Below, piece after piece: positions 1-6,067 of a stretch of DNA of 16,592 nucleotides. Made by a program: the position numbers and the translations under genes. How positions within the stretch are numbered: the first letter of the stretch is position 1; every line of letters begins with the position of its first letter. The stretch spans positions 1 through 16,592 of the IMG/VR virus record IMGVR_UViG_3300033514_000074; one strand, 5' to 3'. Under the pieces are notes generated by a model. It was not told the origin of the DNA, did no database searches, and worked only from the letters and a program-made list of their open reading frames with translations. The DNA comes from a virus.

Positions 1-498
1 ACAAGAATCAAATAATCCACTTGGTATTGATGTTAATAATATACAATTAGCAAAAGTACTTGTAAAATTAGTTATTTTAGCAAACCCATTATTAATATCT
101 GAAGGAATAGTAGATAAATTTCCACAACCATAAAAATTTAATTGTTTAAATCCAACATTACCCCAATTTAAAACTTTACTAATTGTAGTTCTTATTGTAC
201 CAGCATTATTTACATAAAATGTTTCACAGATACCTTGTATTATTAATGTATATATACCTGGATTTGTATATATATGTGTACATCCTGTATCAGTATAAGA
301 TGTAATTGTTTTTAATCCACTATTATCACCATAATCTACTGTATAATTATAAACATAACCACTTAAATGTGGTATAGTTATTGATTGATTTGAAGAAGTA
401 GTAGTTATTTCTAATATAAATCTTAAATCTGGTAAGGTTAAATTAGTTAAATTACCATTTAATTTAATTAAATTTCCATTTAATTTTAATAATGCCAT
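1..498 (-). CDS. Partial CDS (N-terminal 166 aa; gene continues past window start). BspA-type leucine-rich-repeat-like surface/adhesin-type protein
   Basis: Manual translation of the minus strand from ATG (rc of 496-498) to position 1 has no stop: MALLKLNGNLIKLNGNLTNLTLPDL...KVLNWGNVGFKQLNFYGCGNLSTIPSDINNGFAKITNFTSTFANCILLTSIPSGLFDSC. Repeating F-x-(G/N)-C-x-x-L-(T/S)-(T/S)-IP units are typical of BspA-type LRR (LRR_5 / DUF285-like). An in-frame stop lies upstream at 520-522. Not in the supplied ORF track because it is edge-truncated. Confidence 0.5.
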   Translation of the reverse strand, partial: MALLKLNGNLIKLNGNLTNLTLPDLRFILEITTTSSNQSITIPHLSGYVYNYTVDYGDNSGLKTITSYTDTGCTHIYTNPGIYTLIIQGICETFYVNNAGTIRTTISKVLNWGNVGFKQLNFYGCGNLSTIPSDINNGFAKITNFTSTFANCILLTSIPSGLFDSC

Positions 499-554
499 TG
501 TTACAAATAATATTTTCTTCTATATATAAAAAAAGAGATTAAAAATTAATCTCT

Positions 555-899
555 TTATATTCTTGGAAAAGCAGAATTATTTCCCATTCCACCAAAATTC
601 TTCATTGCACTACCAGGATTAAACCCACCCATCATTTTAGATGGATTGAAATTACTCATATTTCCATATTTGCCTTGTTCTGCTTCATCTTGTTTCTTTC
701 TCTGTTCTGTTTCTTCTTTATTCTTTTCATTTAATAACTTAACATATTCTTCAAATTCCCAATAAAACCAAGTATTTACAACAGTTGTATCTATACTCAT
801 TTGAGACATCCATTCAAATTTATTTTTCAGAATACTTTGAATATCAGTTTGAAATAATGAAAATATTCTTGCATTAATTTTATTAAGATTATTTTCCAA
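555..899 (-). CDS. Hypothetical protein with Gly/Asn/Met-rich low-complexity C-terminus
   Basis: 114-aa ORF. Its start overlaps the upstream gene's stop by 11 nt (operonic). No recognisable domain. The C-terminus GKYGNMSNFNPSKMMGGFNPGSAMKNFGGMGNNS is low complexity. Confidence 0.4.
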   Translation of the reverse strand: MENNLNKINARIFSLFQTDIQSILKNKFEWMSQMSIDTTVVNTWFYWEFEEYVKLLNEKNKEETEQRKKQDEAEQGKYGNMSNFNPSKMMGGFNPGSAMKNFGGMGNNSAFPRI

Positions 900-1854
900 A
901 ACTTCCCATGATATTTGGGAGTTCGAATAAAGTTGATGCCCCGCCGGGAAACGTTAAGTCAGTGTGCACCTCCAAACCACACTCTTTACAATTCATCTTC
1001 AATCCTTTAATACCAACTGTCATTTTATTGACAACTTCATTAAGTCCTTGAAAAAGAGTTAAATCTTCCATATCTTTAAATTCTTTTAACTTTGCTTTAA
1101 GAGTTTCTTCAGTAATGAAATTTTTATCATGTAATAAGAATGGCATAATTTTTAAAAATGCAACATCTGGTTTTTTATCTACTTGAACATTTCTCTTAAT
1201 CTCTGCATAAAAATCTTCTTGTATTCCAATTGTAGGTGCTGCTAATTGATATGATACACCTTTATAAATCAATTCATATGTTTGTGTATCTTTATTATAA
1301 AATTTATCAATTGCTGGATTTGGTTCATGTAATTCAAATGTACTTGGTACTTCTGAACCAGGTGTTGATCTAAATGGAATATGAAATTCATTACCACAAG
1401 AACAAGTTACTTCTTTTGTTAAAGTATTACCACCTTGAAAAGTTAATTCCCTAATCATAAATATTAAAAATATTCTATCTGAATCTTTTATATCTTTATA
1501 ACTACCTTTACTACCATCTGGATGATAAAAAATTATATTTCTTGATAATAATTCATTCATCTTTTCAGTGATATCCACAAAATTTAAATCATCAATCATA
1601 GAATATGCTTGAATTTCAGAAACCTTTGCAGCTCTAATACTTATTTTAGTACCTCTTTTATAAAATCTACCTGCAGGTAATATACCTATATTAATATTAG
1701 AATATTCAATACTCGGTATATTATAATGATTATTATTATTTAAATCACTTGAAGTTGTTTTTGTAGTAGTATTAGTAATTACAGTACCTTTATCCTGTAA
1801 TAATTTTTCTAAATATTCTTGATTTTTTTGTTCTTTTTGTTCTTTTTGATTCAT
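889..1854 (-). CDS. Hypothetical protein with two C-x-C / C-x2-C ... His zinc-binding-like motifs
   Basis: 321-aa ORF. Contains TCSCGNEFH and CKECGLEVH (paired Cys plus His, zinc-ribbon-like). N-terminus is Q/K/N/T-rich low complexity. No confident family assignment. Contains a local GC-rich patch (936-975). Confidence 0.5.
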   Translation of the reverse strand: MNQKEQKEQKNQEYLEKLLQDKGTVITNTTTKTTSSDLNNNNHYNIPSIEYSNINIGILPAGRFYKRGTKISIRAAKVSEIQAYSMIDDLNFVDITEKMNELLSRNIIFYHPDGSKGSYKDIKDSDRIFLIFMIRELTFQGGNTLTKEVTCSCGNEFHIPFRSTPGSEVPSTFELHEPNPAIDKFYNKDTQTYELIYKGVSYQLAAPTIGIQEDFYAEIKRNVQVDKKPDVAFLKIMPFLLHDKNFITEETLKAKLKEFKDMEDLTLFQGLNEVVNKMTVGIKGLKMNCKECGLEVHTDLTFPGGASTLFELPNIMGSFGK

Positions 1855-1926
1855 AATTAAAATGATTATTTTTTACACTTATTATATATAAGTGAATAGT
1901 GATCTTAAATGAAATTTTTTATTAAA

Positions 1927-2826
1927 TTAAATTATAAAATTAAGTTTATCTTGAATATTATCAAGATAAGATATTCTAATGAGATTTATATTATTATTTT
2001 TACAATAATTTGTTTTAATTAAATCTCTTTTTTGTTGTTCTATAAATGTTTCTGTTCCACCAAATATTTCTCTTGGTTCAAAATGTTGAATACCATCATA
2101 TTCAATACAAATATTTTTTTCATATAAATAAAAATCAAAAGGTAATGGTTTAATGTATTTACAATCTTTAAATCTTTTTTGTATATTAAAATTTATATTA
2201 TTATTTTCTAATATTTTTTTAATTAGTTTTTCACCTTTACTTTCATTACAATATGGACATCCTTGACCTTGTAAATGTACATCAGGTCTTTGTGAAAATA
2301 TTCCATGAATAGGACATTTTATATCTACTTCTATCTTGTTATTAATGTAATCATTTGATGGATATTTATATTTATTTGAATGAATTACATTTGCTTTATT
2401 AATAAATATTTCAATGGTTGATTTTAAATTATTTTGACATTTTGGACATTTTTGACCTTGTATGTGATTATTTGGTTTTTGTTCAAATATTCCATGTTTT
2501 TTACATATAATTTTTACTTTTGTTTCTGAATCAATATAATCAACTAAAGAATAATCATATTCTAAATTATGTTTTTTATTTGCCTTTTTTATAAAAATCT
2601 CTTCATTATATCTTAATTTATTATGTCTTCTTATTTCACCACATTCAGGACAACCATGACCACTTAAATGTGTTTTTGGTACTTGTTTAAATACACCATG
2701 TAAAGGACATATTATTTCTACTTCTGTTATACCATTTATATAATTAACTAAAGAGTAATCATAAAAATTAGTATGAACTAAATTTCCTTTAATTTTAAAT
2801 GTATTATTTGTTAATTTTGTAAACAA
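1927..2826 (-). CDS. Putative (homing-type) endonuclease: three tandem ~65-aa Cys4 zinc-ribbon repeats plus a C-terminal PD-(D/E)xK / Vsr-like nuclease fold
   Basis: Three repeats of Y-x-YS-x-V-x-Y...V-x-I-x-C-x2-HG-x-F-x-Q-x-P-x2-H-x-x-G-x-x-GCP-x-C...E-x-FI-x-KAN. C-terminus is PFDFYLYEKNICIEYDGIQHFEP...FGG...QKRDLIKTNYCKNNNINLIRISY (D...E-Y-D-G-x-Q-H...K signature of restriction-endonuclease-like fold). Free-standing, with its own intergenic regions. Confidence 0.6.
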   Translation of the reverse strand: MFTKLTNNTFKIKGNLVHTNFYDYSLVNYINGITEVEIICPLHGVFKQVPKTHLSGHGCPECGEIRRHNKLRYNEEIFIKKANKKHNLEYDYSLVDYIDSETKVKIICKKHGIFEQKPNNHIQGQKCPKCQNNLKSTIEIFINKANVIHSNKYKYPSNDYINNKIEVDIKCPIHGIFSQRPDVHLQGQGCPYCNESKGEKLIKKILENNNINFNIQKRFKDCKYIKPLPFDFYLYEKNICIEYDGIQHFEPREIFGGTETFIEQQKRDLIKTNYCKNNNINLIRISYLDNIQDKLNFII

Positions 2827-2920
2827 GTTGTTAAATAATTATTTGATTAATAATATAAAAATATAAAACTATATATTAAAGTTGAAAATTCATTTTTTAT
2901 ATATAAAAATAAAAAATATT

Positions 2921-3322
2921 ATGACAGAAAAATTCCAAACTTATAGAATATTACATGTTGAGGATGAAAAATTATTCATCACTATGGTAAAATTAATGCT
3001 TAATGACAAGATGTTCATTATTGATAATGCTGAAAATGGTAGTGAAGCTGTTGATAAAGCATTTAAAAATATTTATGACATAATATTAATGGATGTTTAT
3101 ATGCCAATAATGGATGGTAGAGAAGCTGCTAAAACTATTAAATCTATGTTACCTGATTTACCAATAGTGGCATTATCTGCTTGTGAATTATCTGATTTAG
3201 CAGGTCTTCCACAATTTGACCATATTATTAGAAAACCAGTTACTAAACAAGTGTTATGGGATTCAATTATTGAAATTGCTGATGAATATATCCAATTTAA
3301 AAATGACAAAAAGAAAAAATGA
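2921..3322 (+). CDS. Stand-alone CheY-like response-regulator receiver (REC) domain protein
   Basis: Sequence is MTEKFQTYRILHVEDEKL...NGSEAV...YDIILMDVYMPIMDGREA...LPIVALSA...FDHIIRKP. All REC hallmarks are present: acidic pocket (EDE), phospho-acceptor Asp in LMD, conserved Ser/Thr in ALSA, and Lys in KP. The ORF track starts at a TTG (2882); the ATG at 2921 preceding the conserved core is the more likely start. Its stop overlaps the next gene's ATG (ATGA). Confidence 0.75.
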   Translation: MTEKFQTYRILHVEDEKLFITMVKLMLNDKMFIIDNAENGSEAVDKAFKNIYDIILMDVYMPIMDGREAAKTIKSMLPDLPIVALSACELSDLAGLPQFDHIIRKPVTKQVLWDSIIEIADEYIQFKNDKKKK

Positions 3323-3410
3323 TAAGTAAATTTAATCAATATATTAATGAAGGTATTAGAGATAAAATGACACCTAAATCAGAAGATGATATTAGAAAAT
3401 CTTTAGAAAA
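3319..3410 (+). repeat. Copy 1 of ~60-90 nt DNA repeat encoding the conserved N-terminal leader
   Basis: The 21-mer gataaaatgacacctaaatca is identical to copy 2. About 80% identity over ~90 nt with 3876-3965. Confidence 0.7.
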
Positions 3411-3873
3411 GTTACCACCTTTAGAAAGAATTACAAAAATCTATCATAATAATGCACAAGATTTATATACTAGGGATGAAATAAATGAAATATTAGAACA
3501 TATAAATCCAGTAGGTATATTAGAAATCGCAATATATTATTTACAAGATTTAGAATTGGTTAAAAAATTAATTAAAGAAGGGGTTGATTTATCTGTTGAT
3601 AATAATGCTTTTTTAAAAGCCATTATTATGGATGACCATTATGATAATAATATAGTTGATATTCTTGATGGTGATTTAACTAAAGAATATAAGCATCTTA
3701 CTGAAAGTTGGTTTACATGTCATTGTTTAGATGAAAGTGAAGAAGATCAAGAAAAAATTATGAATTTTTATAAAGAAGTTCTTAAATTATTTCTTACAGA
3801 CCCAAGAGTATATAAAAAATTAACAGCAATTGAAATAGTAGGGTATCGTACCTTATTAGGAATAAATCAATAA
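3319..3873 (+). CDS. Paralog 1 of leader-bearing family (MISKFNQYINEGIRDKMTPKSEDDIRKSL...), weakly ankyrin-like
   Basis: 184 aa. Shares a ~30-aa N-terminal leader with the next two genes. The central region LELVKKLIKEGVDLSVDNNAFLKAII is ankyrin-like. ATGA overlap with the upstream REC gene. Confidence 0.6.
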   Translation: MISKFNQYINEGIRDKMTPKSEDDIRKSLEKLPPLERITKIYHNNAQDLYTRDEINEILEHINPVGILEIAIYYLQDLELVKKLIKEGVDLSVDNNAFLKAIIMDDHYDNNIVDILDGDLTKEYKHLTESWFTCHCLDESEEDQEKIMNFYKEVLKLFLTDPRVYKKLTAIEIVGYRTLLGINQ

Positions 3874-3875
3874 AT

Positions 3876-3965
3876 ATGAAAAACTTTAACCAATTTGTAA
3901 ATGAAGGTGTTAGGGATAAAATGACACCTAAATCAAAAGATGATATTAAAAAATCTTTAGATGAA
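3876..3965 (+). repeat. Copy 2 of leader-encoding DNA repeat
   Basis: The first 29 nt, atgaaaaactttaaccaatttgtaaatga, are identical to 4883-4911. Confidence 0.75.
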
Positions 3966-4886
3966 TTGGCACCACAAGATAGGATTCAAACAATATATAA
4001 AAATCAAGTACAAAATTTATATACAGATAAAGAACTTAAAGATATATTTAATCAATTACCAAAAGACAAAAAATTTCCTATAATACTTAATTTTGGAGCT
4101 GGAAATTTATATACAGAAGATGAACTAAAACCTTATTTTAAAGATTTATCACCTAAAGAAAAAATAGGACAAGGAACAGAATATAATTTATTGTGGGTTA
4201 TTAAAGATGGTGTAGAACATTTACCAAAAAGGTCATATAATTGGTCAACAGTTTTAAATCGTGCAATATTTAGAGATATTGAAATTGTAAAATATTTATT
4301 GGATAATCTTACTATTAGACCAGATGATTTAAATTGGGCTATTACTGCATCTGATAAAATTGATAAAATTGATAAAAATCAAAAAGAAATAAAAAAATTA
4401 CTAACAGATAAGAAAAAAGAAATTTTATTAGGTAAAGAAAATTTTAATGATATATTAAAACATGCCTGTAAAGTAGGTGATTATAATTTAGCAAAAAGTG
4501 CAATAAATAATGGTGCTAATATAGAACATAAACAAGGAATATATCTATTATATGATGCAATAGATTCAAATAGTATAGAAATTATAAAAATGTTATTAGA
4601 TCTCGGTGTTAAGACTGATTCTCAAAATATATATCCTACACCAATAGGAAAAGCCATTAAAGATAATAATAATGTTGAAGTAGTAAAATTATTAGTAGAA
4701 TATGGTGCAAGAATTGAATTTTCTAATTGGGGTTTATTAAAAGATATAATAGATTGGATAAAAAAAGGTGGAAAAGATGAAATGATTAAATATTTAATGA
4801 CTAAAAATGATGTGGTAAAAGAAAAAATACAAGAACATATTAATGAACTTCAAGAAGAAACAAAATTATTCCAAAAATATTTATGA
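3876..4886 (+). CDS. Paralog 2: ankyrin-repeat protein with conserved N-terminal leader MKNFNQFVNEGVRDKMTPKSKDDIKKSL
   Basis: 336 aa. The C-terminal half has clear ankyrin repeats (ILKHACKVGDYNLAKSAINNGANIEHK...; IEIIKMLLDLGVKTDSQN...; VEVVKLLVEYGARIEF). It starts 2 nt after the previous stop, and its stop overlaps the next ATG. Confidence 0.7.
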   Translation: MKNFNQFVNEGVRDKMTPKSKDDIKKSLDELAPQDRIQTIYKNQVQNLYTDKELKDIFNQLPKDKKFPIILNFGAGNLYTEDELKPYFKDLSPKEKIGQGTEYNLLWVIKDGVEHLPKRSYNWSTVLNRAIFRDIEIVKYLLDNLTIRPDDLNWAITASDKIDKIDKNQKEIKKLLTDKKKEILLGKENFNDILKHACKVGDYNLAKSAINNGANIEHKQGIYLLYDAIDSNSIEIIKMLLDLGVKTDSQNIYPTPIGKAIKDNNNVEVVKLLVEYGARIEFSNWGLLKDIIDWIKKGGKDEMIKYLMTKNDVVKEKIQEHINELQEETKLFQKYL

Positions 4887-4955
4887 AAAACTTTAACCAA
4901 TTTGTAAATGAGGGTATTAGAGATAAAATGTTACCTAAATCAGAAGATGAATTAC
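4883..4955 (+). repeat. Copy 3 of leader-encoding DNA repeat
   Basis: 29-nt identity with copy 2, then about 85% identity through gataaaatg...cctaaatcagaagatga. Confidence 0.75.
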
Positions 4956-5653
4956 AATCTGCTTATAATAATTTAATTAAAGATATAAATAATCCATTAT
5001 CTACATATCCATATGGAATTAATAGGGAATTTCAAGAGATTGCCGATTTATTTAAACTAAATAAAAAAGATTTACATTTAATTACAGAAGATAATGATAA
5101 ATGGAATTTATTAGATGAATTATTTACAAAATATACAGAAAATATAGAGAATAAAATAATTGAAGTAAAAGAAACAGAAACAGAATATGGTGGTGAATGG
5201 GTATGTTGGTCTGATAAAAAATTAGCATATTGGAATAGTAATGAAATAAATGATGTTAATGCATGGATATTCTATAAAAATGATTTTGTAAATGAATCTA
5301 TTAGAGATAAAATGTCACCTAAATCAGAAGAAGATATATTAAATTCTTTAAAAGGATTATCAACACATCAAAAATTAATGTTAGGTTGTAAGAATGATAG
5401 TGTATTAGCAGTTAAATTAGTAATGGAAGAAGATGAACAAAAAAAGGATGAAGAAGATGAAAGTATCATACATATAGATGATGAATGGCCACTTAGAAAA
5501 GCATGTAAGGAAGGTTCTCTTGAAGTTGTTAAATTTTTATTAGATAATGGTGCTGATGTCCATGCTTGTGATGATGATGCATTTTGGGTAGCAAGAGGAA
5601 ATAGACCATTAATTAAATTATTAAATAGTTATAAGTATAAAAAAAAGAATTAA
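4883..5653 (+). CDS. Paralog 3: two leader modules (aa 1 and aa ~133) plus a C-terminal ankyrin repeat
   Basis: 256 aa. N-terminus is MKNFNQFVNEGIRDKMLPKSEDEL. An internal second copy is YKNDFVNESIRDKMSPKSEEDILNSL. The C-terminus LRKACKEGSLEVVKFLLDNGADVHACDDDAFWVARGNRPLIKLL is a canonical ankyrin repeat. Confidence 0.7.
   Translation: MKNFNQFVNEGIRDKMLPKSEDELQSAYNNLIKDINNPLSTYPYGINREFQEIADLFKLNKKDLHLITEDNDKWNLLDELFTKYTENIENKIIEVKETETEYGGEWVCWSDKKLAYWNSNEINDVNAWIFYKNDFVNESIRDKMSPKSEEDILNSLKGLSTHQKLMLGCKNDSVLAVKLVMEEDEQKKDEEDESIIHIDDEWPLRKACKEGSLEVVKFLLDNGADVHACDDDAFWVARGNRPLIKLLNSYKYKKKN
5279..5350 (+). repeat. Copy 4 (internal) of leader-encoding DNA repeat
   Basis: gattttgtaaatgaatctattagagataaaatgtcacctaaatcagaagaagat inside gene 4883..5653. 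This indicates module duplication or fusion. Confidence 0.65.
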
Positions 5654-5664
5654 TAAATTAATTC
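5647..5664. terminator. Weak AT-rich hairpin between convergent genes (possible bidirectional terminator)
   Basis: gaattaat-aa-attaattc is a perfect 8-bp inverted repeat. It spans the stop of 4883..5653 (+) and the stop of 5658..6008 (-). Stem is AT-only, so it is weak. Confidence 0.2.
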
Positions 5665-6008
5665 CTTTCTATTAAATGTCTATCTCTTGTATAACATTTA
5701 AGTTTATATTCATAATATGTTGAATCTTTATAATATGTACTGAATATTAAATAATAAATAGTTTTCTTATTTTCTTTAGTAACATATCTATCAATTGTAT
5801 AACCATCTTTTTTAGTATATTCATAATAAACCGGAATCCAATCATCCATTGAAATTGAATCCATTTTTAAATAATAAAATGTTTTATTTATATCAAAAAG
5901 TGCTTTATCTTTCTGATCAATTGTATATGTTTCATTATATAAAATAAATGACCTTGTTTGTACACAACCCATCATAAATATAAGAGTAATTAAAAAGAAT
6001 TTTTTCAT
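5658..6008 (-). CDS. Small Tyr-rich putative lipoprotein / secreted protein
   Basis: 116 aa. The N-terminus MKKFFLITLIFMMGC has a hydrophobic signal peptide ending in a lipobox-like M-G-C. The mature part is Tyr/Lys/Asp-rich. This suggests a bacterial (not eukaryotic) host. Confidence 0.45.
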   Translation of the reverse strand: MKKFFLITLIFMMGCVQTRSFILYNETYTIDQKDKALFDINKTFYYLKMDSISMDDWIPVYYEYTKKDGYTIDRYVTKENKKTIYYLIFSTYYKDSTYYEYKLKCYTRDRHLIERN

Positions 6009-6032
6009 TAAAGTTTTTTATTCTTATATATA

Positions 6033-6063
6033 AAAAAACCATTTGATTTTTCAAATGGTTTTT
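6033..6063. terminator. Bidirectional Rho-independent terminator
   Basis: aaaaaaACCATTTGAttttTCAAATGGTttttt is a 9-bp stem with a 4-nt loop, an A-run on one side and a T-run on the other. It sits immediately downstream of the minus-strand MVP gene stop (6068). Confidence 0.7.
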
Positions 6064-6067
6064 ATTT

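Noticed and set aside
2882-2920. TTG-initiated 13-codon N-terminal extension of the REC gene given in the ORF track
   Set aside because: The extension (MKIHFLYIKIKNI) is AT-rich filler preceding the ATG at 2921, which sits right before the conserved REC core. The ATG is the more parsimonious start.
3097-3339. 80-aa minus-strand ORF overlapping the REC gene
   Set aside because: Antisense to a well-supported REC domain CDS, with a hydrophobic, low-complexity translation. Spurious.
4353-4380. 3x tandem 9-nt repeat gataaaatt in ankyrin gene 2
   Set aside because: Short in-frame coding repeat (SDKIDKIDKN) in low-complexity AT-rich sequence, with no array structure or spacers. Not a CRISPR or regulatory repeat.
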